A DNA stretch of 62,334 bases, filler included, from Platydemus manokwari (taxonomy: Eukaryota): NCBI GenBank assembly GCA_037951405.1. It is 6 parts of 6 records of this genome, joined end to end, with 100 filler letters (N's around TTAATTAATTAA, not from the genome) between each part and the next. Parts side by side here need not be neighbours in the genome. Positions count along the whole stretch, not along the records: positions 32,807 to 43,561 come from JBBMOY011108331.1; positions 43,662 to 52,509 come from JBBMOY011339871.1; positions 52,610 to 62,334 come from JBBMOY011212989.1; 3 more parts are not named here. One strand, written 5' to 3'. The translations under genes were made by a program, and so were the position numbers. The notes beneath the pieces are model-generated. The model was not told the DNA's origin. It worked only from the letters and a program-made list of their open reading frames with translations, and did no database searches. Shown here one piece after another: positions 40,655-56,177 of this stretch; within the stretch, counting starts at the first letter, position 1, and each line of letters opens with the position of its first letter.

Positions 40655-43070
40655 TACAAGATTTATTCAATACAATTTTGTTGGGTTTATTGGATTGATT
40701 GTGACCTGCTTTGGTTTGAAAGCTTTGATTCGTGAATTCAATTTTCCTTTTTCATTCATTCATCTCGGCTTTCCGTTGGGTAGAAATTTTTTATTTTGTG
40801 TTGGATAAAATCTATAAAAACACCGTTCTAGTGAAATTACCAGATTTTTACCGAATGTTCAATATTTAAAATTGCGCATTCTTTGACCAGGTTTTGGGTT
40901 TTATTTTTCGGCACGCGAATTTTCGACAAATTTTCTTAGTTGATGCCGGAACTGTATCGAGTGAGCCTATAATGCACGTGAAAAGCTCAATATTGAAATC
41001 TGGCTTCAATTTGGCTAGCTCATTCTTAAAATCGGTATAATGAATTAAATTATTTTTGTTTGACTCCTCAAAGTTCTTTTTGACATTTCATGTCTACTAG
41101 GAAGATCTTTTTTCGCTCTACATCAGTAATCAATAAATCGATGCTCTCTTTTCTTTCCGGTAACAGTGAGCACATTTGGTTCACTACTACAATAATATAT
41201 TTTGTTCAAAGACAGTCAATAATTTTGTTCAGGTATGCACCATGGCGAGTATTTTGTAGCTTTTTGTTTGGGTTGCAACACTGTAGTACATGTGTCATGG
41301 TTTCAGGGAAACCAAGGCAACGTCGGCACTTTTGGAATTCCTCGTTTATCTTCCAAGGCGATGCATTAATTGCTAGAGTATTTGTTCTAGCTGACGAATG
41401 GACTTAAACGCAAAAGATTTCACTTGACTACGAAAAATCATCTTATTGTTTCGTGGAGATAGCCTTATTGGATCTGCTATGAAATTACTGCGTTTACTGC
41501 TGTCTTGAATAATGAGATTCTTTAATCAATTGATGTGAAACAAGACATAGTTGTTTTCGATTACGAGAACCAAAGTTGTAAGTACCGCAAAATCAAATGT
41601 CATCCTCAAGTGTGTTTCATCTTAACGAATTCAAAAATCAAGAAATTTTGTGAGTATTTTGAAAATATTTCACACCATTGATAACATGTATCCAAAAATC
41701 TTTTTAGGGTTTTCTTTAGATGGCTTCAATGGCCTCAAGTACTGAATATAGAACAGCCTTGTTTGACTCCTCTTTGAATGAGTCTACAAACATAAAATAA
41801 ACTTATATCAGTGTAGAACAATTCAAGAATATACACTAAAGAGTCATTTACACCTATAAATCGCAGCAGACCTCATAGAAATTCATGTGGAACGCTGGGA
41901 AAGGCGTTGACAATCTCAAGCCAAGCAACATAAATGAACAGTATATTTTAAATGTTCAAAACCAGCATTTAGAATAGATTTGTGTTCAATATAACCTTCC
42001 TATATAGAACCACCTTTTACCTCTGTTGAGCAAGTTATAATCTCTTATCCAATGCTCTAATCTTCTAGTCAAGATTGACAAAAAAATTCTATATTAAATT
42101 GATATTAAGTTATTGTTCGCCAGTTATTTATATTTTTATATTGGTCATCTTTACTAGGTTTTGGAATGAGGGTTGTCTTAAACTTTCGCCAATCGTCTGG
42201 AAATTTATGAGTCGAAATGACTTTATTATGAAGTGGAGATAGAAGAATACCTCCTGGATCTAAGAGTAAAAGGTACGGTATTATTTTGTCATCGCCAGGT
42301 GAGGTGTTGTCTGCGGATTTAAAAATAGAGTGAACTTCACTTGGATGAATAGGTTCTAACTCTAATTTATCAATGACAGTTTTACAATACCGATTATTAT
42401 AATCACACGCGGTTGGGCACAGTTTTCCTGAGAAAACCACTAATTATATCATCAGTAGATGGTCAAGAATTGATTTCATCATCATTAACCATATCATTAA
42501 TGGTCTTTCTCATGTTTGTTAAAAAGATCATTTTTATGTTGTAATCGTTAGTTTTTTATTGAAACCTTACTTTACTCCTAATTATGGTTGATTTCGATTG
42601 TCATTTTGATTTTGTATTTTATTCGAAAAGCAGTTAAAAGTTTTATTCAAGTTGACATTTGGATCACGACATTTACAATTCTTCTCTTACTTTTGTTATT
42701 TTTACTCATTCTTTGAATATTTTAAAAATATATTTAGTCTTTATTTTCCATAACATTATCGGTGATTAACAGATTATCAAGACCATCCATATTATTCAAA
42801 TAATTGGATATTATGTCAAAATTGATATTCAAAAATGACAAATTTTTGATATAGTTAAGCAGATAACCGCATAAAAGAATATTTGAGAAAAGTCCAGAAC
42901 TGCGAGTTTCATATTCTTCATATTGGACAACAATGAAATGATCTTTCAAGCCCCGTAGTTCTAAGATGGAATTAGTAATCATTTGACCAAATGATAAATC
43001 GATCATTGTAAGTTTAAGTTGTCGTAATTTAGAACGGAGACAACATTTTGGGCCAAGTGAAGTGTTGGGT
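40655..43070 (-). mobile_element. Non-LTR retrotransposon with RT and restriction-like endonuclease (NeSL/Utopia-like), decayed copy A
   Basis: TSPGDDKI, WRKFKTTLIPK, NINNWRTIT, AFPSVPH; zinc knuckle CRRCLGFPETMTHVLQCC; RH; IDLLITDVERKKIFLVDMKC (RLE). Homologous to 47985-50510. 5' end approximate. Confidence 0.88.
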
Positions 43071-43561
43071 TTTGGTACTTATAAGTTATTACTCCCAACA
43101 CAAGAGAGTTCTTGAGATTGATCTGATTTAAATTCAATTCAACCTTCTCTATTATCAGTCTATTTAACAAATACGATGTCTTATAAAAAGTCTATTTGCT
43201 ATATAAATACTTCTATGAACTGAAACTATTAAAATAACAAATCAAAAACGTAAGACAGTTGAATTAGAAAAATTCCGCTATTGAAATCAAAAACAATATT
43301 ACGATTTTGTACAATGAATTACAACGAACAATTAAATTATTAATAAACCGAACCAAACAAATTATTTATTTTATTGTATGGGATTGGCCCATTCGAATTT
43401 AACAAAACGACCTATATACCAAGTTGAGTCAAAAGTTATTCATGTTTTTATGCAGGTATTTTATTAACACAAATTGTTATAACACTGAACATATTATTCC
43501 TCGAAGTACAGTCCATCATTTTCAATGACTCGAAGCCATCTTTCTGCCAATTGCTCGATCC

Positions 43562-43661
43562 NNNNNNNNNNNNNNNNNNNNNNNNNNNNNNNNNNNNNNN
43601 NNNNNTTAATTAATTAANNNNNNNNNNNNNNNNNNNNNNNNNNNNNNNNNNNNNNNNNNNN
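43562..43661. other. Artificial contig-join spacer
   Basis: 44N-TTAATTAATTAA-44N. Confidence 0.97.
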
Positions 43662-45230
43662 GTGTATTGGAGTCAGCAGAGAGCTGTTTAAGTGTCAGAG
43701 GTTATTTGTGTTTATGTCGAACATTTTATTTGATTGTTCAAGGTAAACTTGTGTAATTGTGATTAATAGATTATTTATAATTGTTTGCCATTTTTATATT
43801 CAACATTATTTTATTATGTAAATTTTGATTTCAAAATGTCTACCAATGAGATACATTTTAGAGGAGATAAGACCGATAAAATGCCATATTCATCGACATT
43901 GGTAAAGAAAGTACAACTATCACTCTATATACAATTATTTTTGCATTTGCCTTCCTTAGATATTCACATCTTCATTAATTTCTTTGGATTTTATTGTCTT
44001 ACAAATACTGGCAATAGCAAATATTATCATTGTAATTGCATTGTTGTTGACATCAATGATATATAAAATATAGGAGGGAAAACTAAAAATAATTATGGTA
44101 GCACCTGAAGTAAAAATATGATTTTAATATTAAATAATACCAAGAAGCACCTGAATTATTAGAAAATAAGACTACTAAGAACACCAAAGAGCTATTCTAG
44201 TAAGTGAACGAATATGCATACAAGTCAGATTTACTTGTTACATTAACTCACATACATTTACAATGACGTTGCAAGAAATATCCGAAACAATCGTTAAAAA
44301 AAAATGATTGTGGACGAAGATCTATCTACAATTTTTTTCCACAAAACCCTATAAAACTCTTAATTTTCATTATGACAATGACTATGCTTTAAGGTAATAA
44401 ATGAATCCATGAGTGTCGAAATTTCGTAGTTAATGCAGTTGGAACATTTGAATGAATATCGATCTGACGAGGTGACTAAAATGAATGTTTTTTGCTTAAG
44501 CACCAACTTAAGAAAGCGCACAATGACTATTTGGCAGACATTAAACAACTCTAGAAAATAAATGTTAATGACAGAGACCCAAATTATAAAATGTAAAATG
44601 TCAAATTAATGTTTCTAGAAACAATACAAATTTATCTAAGAATTATTTTTCCTGATTTATTTTCTTCAGGGATCTTCAGTTCATGAATAATTGAATTCTG
44701 GACTACTTTTTGTTTTCTTATTCCTGACTCGTTTGTCGAGATTGTTGCAATAATTAGTTACAAAAACTTCTGAGTGAATGATTTGTTTTCTGTGATATTG
44801 AAAGTATGAATATAAAATAAATTTTGATGTCTCTGAATAGTATTGACTGAATTGAATTATCGGATCATCTTATCCCAATTTTCGTTACAAATGATTCCCA
44901 ATTTCTGTATGGTACCACGCGATCAACTATCATGTGCTTGAATAGTTAAATAATAGTTTATAACTTTAAAATATGTGCATTTTCAAACTGAGTAAGCTAG
45001 ATATTTATACTCAGTACTCTTTCCTTCTCAATTTGTTGGTCCTGAGTTTATATTGATTTTCAATTATTTACTTTAATTGCTGTAATGATTGCATTAAAGT
45101 TTTATTGAAAATGAAATATTTTTCCTTGAATTTACTTTTTATAATTCACTTTAATTATTAAACCTACAAATCCCAAAATATTATCACGATTATTATAATT
45201 TCCTTCACTTAAAAGTTTACGATTATGAAA

Positions 45231-45650
45231 TCCTGTATAAGATTAATTAACCGATTCAGAAAAGATATATTTGTATTATATGTTGGGTACGTCAAAAAAA
45301 CATCCAAAATGTTTACAGAAACCATGGAAATAACCCTGAAAGGGTTGATACGCACAGATTTTATAAACGAACGTAACAATAGCCAATCAGATTTTTTAAT
45401 ACCAATCCGCAATAATCGACTGGCGCATACCAAAAAATGGTAGGAAATATTGATATTCACCGATGGCATGATAAATGTAAGAAAAGTTACTAACAAATCT
45501 ATGCATGAACGAATTATAAAAATGACAACAAAACAGACACACACAATAAGCCTATAGAAGAAATTGGATTTCAGGAGCAACTACCAGTCTTTTATCAAGT
45601 CCTATATAAGATTGATAAACCGATTCAGGAATGATATATTTATTATATAT
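45231..45650 (+). repeat. ~370-bp unit bounded by ~50-bp direct repeats
   Basis: TCCTGTATAAGATTAATTAACCGATTCAGAAAAGATATATTT (45231) vs TCCTATATAAGATTGATAAACCGATTCAGGAATGATATATTT (45600); period 369 bp. Confidence 0.75.
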
Positions 45651-47399
45651 AATTTATTATCATAAAATAAACGCGGAATTCAACATCTGGTCTTGAGATA
45701 ATAAGAGCAAAATTTTGATCGTAAAATGTTTAATTAAAAAAAAATTTAAAGTCGAAACAATATATTAGGATTCTTTACATTCCTAAATCTACAAGTAAAA
45801 TCAATATTTTAATGTCAGAATTTTTGCTTAAACTTCGTCAATATTGTATTTAAGAAAATTTTGCACCCAAAGTGACTTAGAGTGTTTAAGAAATTTTGTA
45901 TAAATTATTTGATTTCTAGTCAAACACCTCCGAAACTAGCTTCTTTACCCGAAGTCCATAACTGCTATATTTTTCATATGGTCTTTGTTGCCAAATCCTG
46001 AACCTTATTGTAAACTGTTTTGGCATGTGAAAATGTTTCTAAAAACCATTTCTAAATTTCTTCATTTGAAACAGCCTCTTTGAAACTGCTGAATCCTTGC
46101 CACAGTTGGCGTCATCTCTAAAAAGCATGTCAAATGCAAATGATAATTCCATTTGATTAAAGATCGCGAAATCTTTTGTTGTTTGGAACTATTTCATAGC
46201 GTCTTGGATTGATGAATCGAAGAATGAGGGTTTCGGAATTAATAGCTCCTGAGTTTTTTGTGGCAGATTCGCAAAAACTTTCTGCTTCTCTTCTTTTTTA
46301 GCTCTAGTCAGAGCGCTAATTTCGGCGTAGTCGCCAGTTAAAACATAAGTCGTGTCCATCGATATTTTATTCAATTTCAAGTTTGTTTTTTTAATATTAA
46401 AAAAAATCTAATTTTTTATCTAACTATACCTGAATTTGAATTAGGAAACGAATATAAGAATTCAAAAAGATTGTTACTTTGGAAAATAAAATAGATATAA
46501 AAGATTTTTAGTAAAATGAGTTAATACAAAATTTTCTAAACATCTGAGAAACTGTTGTTCAAAATCAAATTAAGCAACAATTAGCTTTAGAAAACTCGTA
46601 TAAAACTTTTAGGCTCATTTAAGGCAAACAAATCCGTAAATAATCAAATAGTCACAAATTATCTAAAATGCGGTGTTCATGAAATTTCAAATCTCAAATT
46701 TATTTTAAACGAAACAACAATGTCACCAAATATTGTTCCTACTTTAGATGAAAATTTTATACTGATGTAACTTTTCCCGAATCCACGAAATTCTAGCTGT
46801 TGAATTAACGCATAATTTATTACTCAGAATGACTTAAGGAGAAGAACACCTTCTAAAGATATTAAAATATTATTCGCTATTTTTAACTATTTCATCAAAT
46901 TCATGTAAATAAAAATAGAAATACTGAATGTTTAAAACAATTGATAAAATAGTTGAAAATTAAAAGAAAAAGATAATAACGCAAGGATTGATCATACATC
47001 TGCAGATTTAGTAATTAAGTCGGTCTGGATTTTATATTTATAATAGCGATCTAAGATATAATATTGAAATTATAATACCGACAAAAGAAAGGCTAAATGA
47101 AATTGAAGTACTGGTTTTCCGTATTTATTAAAGCTAAGTTAGGGATTCCTGAAGTTTAAAATATTCACAACGTTAAAGAAGTACCCAGTATGATGAATTT
47201 TGTATGATAAAATTAATTCAATGAAGAATAGAAAGAAGAAACTTCAAAATATGAATTAACTTGTGTATATTTAGATCTATAAAAAGATGGTGATTTAGAT
47301 ATTCATTCAGTCTACAGCTGGAACAATATTTCATACTATAAAATCTATTATAGATAAAAACTTTTCATTTCATATTCACACAAGATTAAGGCCCATACA

Positions 47400-50300
47400 T
47401 TTATTCAACGAATTCTCTCCTTCATTAAAATTCGGATTACTGATTAAAATAATATTTTAGCAGATGATAAACAAATATCATCAAGTTTTAAACTTAAATA
47501 AGTTCGGTCAAGGTTCTTTAAATAAAAATATATGACCATTAGATCCGCATATCAATATTTTCAGACAGAAAAATGGTTATGACTGTGGTCCACTTGTATG
47601 CGCATATAGTTAATTTGTAAGCTATATAAGCAAACAATTCATCAACCCAAACTTTATTAATCGCATCCGATAGGAAATCTACCTTTTACAGTGTGATAAA
47701 GTGAATCACATATCACAATTAGGTTGTAATGGCAACATGAATAATAATGCCAATTATAGTAGACTAAATTTTAAAATTAACGAAAATATTTTTAATGAAT
47801 TCTCTAATCAATATAATACGACGGATGAAGTAATGTTTATAGATTATACCTTAACCACTGTCATCCGCGATGAATGTACGGATTATTTGAAAAACTTTCT
47901 TCATTTGGATAAATTGATTCAAGCTTCCACGATCTTCGTAATGTTTAGGCCTCCAAAGGCTCATCGATTGCTTTTAGTTATTGACTTTGCCCTAAGTGTT
48001 GTCTTCGTTCTAAATCCGATAACTTTAATATGTAGTGATCAATTTATATCTTTGGGCCAAACGATCACCAATTGCACATTAGAACTGCAGGGCTTAAAAG
48101 AATCTTTCGTTGTTGTCCAATATGAAGAATATAAAACTCGTGGTTCTGGACTTTTCTCAAATATTCCTTTATGTGATTATATGTTTAATTATTATATAAA
48201 ATTTGCCGCTTCTGAATATCAATTTTGACGTGATATTCAATTATTTGAATAATATTGATGGTTTTGATAATCTGTGAAACACCGACAATGTTATGGAGAA
48301 TAAAGACCAAAAATGTTTTAAAAATACTCAAAGAATGAGTAAAAATAAAAAAAACATAAACGAAAAATGTCGCGAAATATTGAAAAAAGTCGAGAACTCC
48401 AATCCAAATGACATATTGAATGAAATTTTCAACTGCTTTCCGGATAAAATACAACACCAAAATAATAACCGGAATAAACCATATTTGGAAATAAGTAAAG
48501 GATTTAATAAAAAAACTAACGATGGCAACATGACAAAATTACAAACAGTGGTGTTCACTTTTAGATCCTGAAGGTATTCTCCAAACTCACAGTTTTAATG
48601 AAGTAATTAAGACTCATAAATTTACAGACAATTGGCGAAAGTTTAAGACAACCCTCATTTCAAAGCTTGGTAAAGATGGTCAGTATAAAAATATAAATAA
48701 CTGGTGAGAAATAACTCTCTTATCAACTTCATACAAGATTTTTATGTCAATCTAGACTTGAAGATTAGACCATTGGTTTAGAGATAATAACTTGCTCAAC
48801 AGCTGTCAGAAAGGTGGTTCCAAATATGAGGGTTGTATTGAACACAACGCCATTCTAAATGATGCTTTTGAACATTTAAAACATACTCGACATTTGTCCA
48901 TTTCTGTTGCTTGATTTGACATTGCAAACGCCTTTCCAAGTGTTCCACACACACACACAAGCCATTGAAATTCTATCAGTTCCTAGTTTCTAAATAGGAA
49001 TTAGGTCTGTTAAGATGGTATTGCTTTGATTGCCAATAATACTCCTGATCTTCAAAAACTAATCGATAAAGTTGTTGAAATAACTGAATGGGCTGGTTTA
49101 CAATACCGTCAAGACAAATGTACCTTTATAAGTTTACTACACGAAAACACTGATGATGTAATATCTATTGATATTGTAAATATTAAAAAATTGTTGACTA
49201 AAGAATTTTACATGTATTTTGGTGTCCCTGTTGGTGTTAAAAATGATCAATCTTCTTACGAAATTTTGAACAAACTTGTAATTGATCTTGGTAAAATAGT
49301 CAATTCTGAATTATAGGATTGGCAAAAGCTTAATGTTTATATAATTTTCTTGCACTCTGGACTTGTATATGCGTTTAGAAGTAGAGAAATCAAATTTTTT
49401 TGTAGTGAAAGAGAAAAGTAGTAAAATACAAGCTCACATGAAGCAATTACTTCATTTACCAAATCAAGCTGAAAATTATTATCTTTATTCAGCGATAGTA
49501 AATGGGGATGTTGAACTTTTCGCATTCATTGATGAATATCACCTTCAATACGTTTTCCAAGTATTTTTTAAAAACTCTTTTAAAATCTGATTGTTCACTG
49601 AAAAAGATAATTATCTATGATTCATTTTGCTTTGTTTCTTCTACAAGATTTTGTATTGCCAATCCATCAATTAATGAAAGCCTTAAATGGATCAATAATA
49701 AAAATCCATAGAAAATTCTGCTTTTAAAATGACATGGTAGATACATGTTATCAATGCTGTGAAATACTCACAAAATTAGCTTTATTTTTGAATTTGTTAA
49801 AAATGAAACTTACTTAATGCATCGCCCCGGAAGACAAATGAGGAAAACCAAAAATGCCGAAATTGCCACAGTTTCCTGAAACCATATCTCATGTACTACA
49901 ATGCTGCAATCCGAACAAAAAGCTACAAACTGCTCACCATGATGCATGCCTGAACAAAATTGTTGACTGTCTTCAATAAAAAAATATTATTGTAGTAGTA
50001 AATCATGTAGTAGACATGAAATGACCGATTGACACACTACAAAACTTCGAGGAGTCAAATAAAAATAATATAATTCATTATACCGACTTTAGGAATGAGC
50101 TCGCCAAATTGAAACCAGATTTCAATATTAAGCTATTCAGGTGCATTACAGGCTCACTTGGTACAGTTCTGTCCTCAATTTGGCTGTTCCGGAATCAATT
50201 TTGGCGAAAATTGGTGTGCCGAAAAATAAAATCCGAAACTTGGTCAAAGAATGTGCAATTTCAAATATTGAACATTTCTCGAAAGTCTGTCATTTTCACT

Positions 50301-50510
50301 CGACCGGTGTTTTGGTAGATTTTATCTAACATAAAACACAATCAAACAATTCCTATCCACTTAAAAGCGGAGATGAATGAAAAAAAAGCAAAATTGTTAC
50401 ATGATGTGCCTCTACTGCGCCAATGACTTCACGAATCAAAGCTTTCAAACCGAAGCAGGTCAAAATCAATCCAATAAACCAAACAAATTTGTATTTAAAT
50501 AAATCTTGTA
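47400..50510 (+). mobile_element. Non-LTR retrotransposon with Ulp1-like protease motif, RT and RLE (NeSL/Utopia-like), decayed copy B
   Basis: RQKNGYDCGPLVCAY (47563-47607); ITLLSTSYKIF; CQKGGSKYEGCIEHNAIL; DIANAFPSVPH; YMYFGVPVG; CRNC..PETISHVLQCC; 3' UTR shared with copy A. May extend 5' to ~46600. Confidence 0.88.
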
Positions 50511-52509
50511 ACAAGATCGAAGAATTTGAAAATAATCAAATTTCATGTTATAAGATAAGACATTGAAACAGAATTGTTTTTGACTAATCTGTGAATGATT
50601 TTTATGATGAAATGTATAAAAGTATTATATATTTCTCAATACATATCAGAAGAAAATTTCTTTTGTAAAGTGTCAAGTCCAGTCAATGGCATTTTTTATC
50701 TAAGCAACATTGTAATTTTTATAAGTTTTTAAAATTAATTCGATATTCTAAGTTAAAGTTTTGCAGTAATAACTTGAATTAATATAAGCTTCCTATGAAA
50801 TCCTAATAATAAATTGTTGTAAGTAACCATAGCAACAATAATTAAATAAATATATGGGTAGTATTAAATAGCTAGGTTTGTAATAAATTGGAAATTAATT
50901 GAGAAACAATAAATAAAATTAAGTAATGAAAAAGGAAGTTACTTCACATGATAGATTGGAAAGGATTGAAAGACTAAATTTACCCGTGAAAGATAAATAG
51001 AAGATTTGTAGGGATAAGAGAAATATAAAATCAAATGTTTAAATAATTAAGTTAAGTGAGCAAAAAAAAGTTGACTGTCAAGTCAGCTGGTAAAAATAAG
51101 TAAGGAGAAATGATTCGGATAAAGTAAATCAAACAATACGCTATTAAATTATATGTACACAAGGAGCTGTGAAATAAATGAGCTCACATAATTTTTACTG
51201 AAATATAAGGATTTGGGCAATTATTAGCACCCGAAAATTCTGTGTTGATTAAAAATAAAACCATTAATTTAGTGAATAAAGCACTACTGGTGATTCAATT
51301 GTGATTTTCTGCGAAGTAACAAAATTAGTTGAATGATTCGAAAACTCTCAGATGGTTAATTGAGCTGTATCTAAATGCGGCCATAACAATATAAGTATGT
51401 AACCAGCAATGTTTCTATTTGTGTAATTTTTAGTTCTTAAACATTAAAATAATTGCTCTATTCATATAATATATTGACCAATAACAATAACTCCATGTAA
51501 TTACAATATTGCTCATTTCTAGGATTATAGATTTCCATTAGCAGAAAATTTATTATACATGATGTAATAAGAAATATTTTGAGATTGGTCTATTTTATTA
51601 GATAAATTAAAATTCAACGTATCGAGAAATCTTGCAATTATGTTTGGGTTTTCACCCAACAATTAATTCACACTGAAAAACTAGGTGCAACATTGTATGA
51701 TTTTTTATAATAATGCATAACAATATGTATGGAATGCAACTCTGAGAACATCTAAGTGAAATCAGCTTAAAATACTACAATAATAATTATTATTTATAAA
51801 TATGTAAAATAATAATATTAGTAAAATTCACCTAGAACAAATCCATTGAAATTTCCATAAATAATAAAATAATTTATAAAATAACAACATGCAATATATT
51901 ACCGCACAATAACATTGACAAATAATTTACTATCTATAATAGGGTATTCAGTGATTTTTCAAACGATTAAATTTAATCAAAGAGAATATTTCTCTGTACA
52001 ATACATTTAATTGGAGAATTTCTATCTCCAGTAAATAAATTCAATCAAGAAAATAATAAATTCACTGGCATTAGATTTAATCGCAAAGAATATCTGTCAG
52101 AAATCTACTATTACTGGAGACACAATTACATCGATTGTCATAAACGAAAAAATAATTTATTTTACATTCAATCAATGTACAATAGGAGATCATTCAATGC
52201 AGAAGGACAGGATTCTCTATATGCCCAATATTTTACTGTAAGACCTCACTCTAAGATCCATTCTTGTAAATATACTAATTTATATTATACATGGTATCGT
52301 TTATCCCTTATTTTCGAGTTCTCACTTAATCACCTTGAAAGGTAAAGGTTCTGCTCTACGAGTAGGAGTTTATTAAATGTCTCTTTATCCAAGAGTTGTT
52401 AAGGTCCGTTATAAGTTAATGTTTAGTGTAATATTAAAATCCATTTGTAATTTTTATTTTTATTTTATTTGTTAATCAATTTGTATTGATGTCAATTATT
52501 AATAAACAT

Positions 52510-52609
52510 NNNNNNNNNNNNNNNNNNNNNNNNNNNNNNNNNNNNNNNNNNNNTTAATTAATTAANNNNNNNNNNNNNNNNNNNNNNNNNNNNNNNNNNN
52601 NNNNNNNNN
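52510..52609. other. Artificial contig-join spacer
   Basis: 44N-TTAATTAATTAA-44N. Confidence 0.97.
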
Positions 52610-53672
52610 TAAAGTAATGAAATGAATACATGTCGTATCAAACAAAGTCAAAAATTTTTATTATTTTTTAAATTTTACAAAAAAGATTTCATTTTTAAAA
52701 TAAATAATAACAAAATTACTAAACTTTCTGAAAAAAATATATTTTTAAATGATTATAATAAACTTAATAATTATAATAAATTTAAGTGGAACACAACAAT
52801 GTTTCCACAATCAATTATGTTATAAATTAGATGTTATGTTATAAATAAACTAGTAAGAAATAATTAATTTATTCTCAAAAATATACGGAGAAATGTATAA
52901 TAAAAATCCAGATGACCTTATGAAACTCAAACCATCAAAACAAATATATATAAATGCCGTATGGACATCAAAATATGTACATGTAGGTGTATTATTTATT
53001 CAATTGGTTTGAATACATCGTATATAATTCAGTCTCCAACATTCAACAAATCAATAATAATATTTAACATCCTACATTCTATTCCATTCCATTTATTATT
53101 TCTAGATTTAACACTGCAGAATTAAAGACTGTTGGCGGATATTTCTCGAAAACATCACCAAATCATTTCCGAATTTATAATCTCAAATTATCACCGCATA
53201 TCTACTTAAGATACACATTCTCTGAACACATAAATTCCGCATGCTGACTTATTACATCATAATATGATTAGACAATCAAAAATACGACTGGAAAAAACTC
53301 GTTACATATATTTGCCACAAATATGTCGATGTGTATAATACTGATCGAATATTGTTGAAATCGTATTTGGTCAGCATCAATAAAAAACAATATTGATGAG
53401 TAAGATATTATTTTTTGTGTTTCAACATTCATAATAATAAAAATCATTAATTACAAAATATCTAAACCAATAGCAGTACCACAGATCAGTACAGATCAAA
53501 ACAAATCATAAAACCATACAAAACCCAATAATCAATGATAAAATTGAGAAAAATCAAATGAAAAGAATAACAAATCGAATAAATTTTGTTTGTTTTTCAG
53601 AAAATATAAAGATATATATATATTCACACAATGGCTTCCTCGGAAATATAAATTGGATTTTCCTGTGGATAA

Positions 53673-54960
<1,288 letters not shown>

Positions 54961-56177
54961 CTTAAATAAATAATTAAATTTTCAAATATGTCAGTAAAAA
55001 ATCTATGTAAATTTTAAACAGAAAATTATCACACTTAAATAAAATTTAAATTTTACAGACATAAATTTGTAATTTAATAATGATTACAATCCGTGTTTAA
55101 TATAATAAAACAAAGAATAAATAAGATTTTATATGAATGTAATACAACTCCATTAGTTGTATGACTCGCACTTTACAATCTTACAGCTGTAATAATAGCT
55201 AGAAAATATATTTAAGAATAAAAAACTATCATTGGTGAAGTTTACTAGACTGCTTCTGTATTTATGCTAATTTTATTAATGTCTTACTACAGAAATAAAA
55301 ATATAACGTTTCTGAATCCCTCAGCCTTTCAACTGAATTTAAACTAATAAAGTTGTTACCTTAGAAAAATTTAGAAATCTTGTGGTTACTTCATTAAAAT
55401 CTTTAGTACCCTCATTATTAATTGTAGATTTAGTACTCTAAAAAATGATTTTTACAGAAATTAAATTAAAAAATATTGGTTATTTGATTTATTCGTAGTC
55501 TATTCACTAGTGTGTATTTCTTGTATTAAATTTTTATTATATGCTTGGTAATGTTGCAATACACAACCACTATTCATTTTTCCCAATAGTTCAATACTGT
55601 TATTATTAAATAATTGGTACAATTCTAAACACTAAATTTATTTATTGATCTTATTTAAATTGATTATTTATTCGATTATTTTATCTATAACTATTTTAGT
55701 ATTTCTTATCATTGTTATCATTGCATTACCTTATGCACATCTATCAAGTAATAATTCTTTTTAGAGTAATAATAAGTTATCATGTATTTCTAATAATTGT
55801 CTTGTGATAATTTTTCTATTTTGAAAGGCCAGTAAAAATAATAGAATTTTTATTCAAACACAAGCACTGTAATAATAACAATAATAATAACAGCAATAAT
55901 AATTTTTAATAATAATAATATTAACGTAGGGTTGTATATGTTGTCATTTATTGTTGTTAGGTTCAACTCAACAGCGTGAGTTCTTCAATATGAATTTATA
56001 ATTATGATGCAAATCAACGAACAATTAAGTTATAATTTTATTTATTATTAAAAATCGATTTACAAATTGACTCAAACTTGTTTTGTTTTCTTAAATTATT
56101 TATTTAAGTGATTAACGTTTCCCATTTTGGGTTTGGTTTTATGGGCTTAATTACTATTGCCATGCCCGGTTTCTCAA

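Noticed and set aside
40655-50510. Two inverted RLE-element copies forming a composite transposon or large hairpin around 43-47 kb
   Set aside because: They lie on different contigs separated by an artificial spacer (43562-43661), so orientation and distance are unreliable. They also carry independent deletions.
9290-52609. Recurring palindromic TTAATTAATTAA flanked by Ns roughly every 9-12 kb
   Set aside because: Exact 44N-12-44N structure is an artificial six-frame-stop contig linker, not biology.
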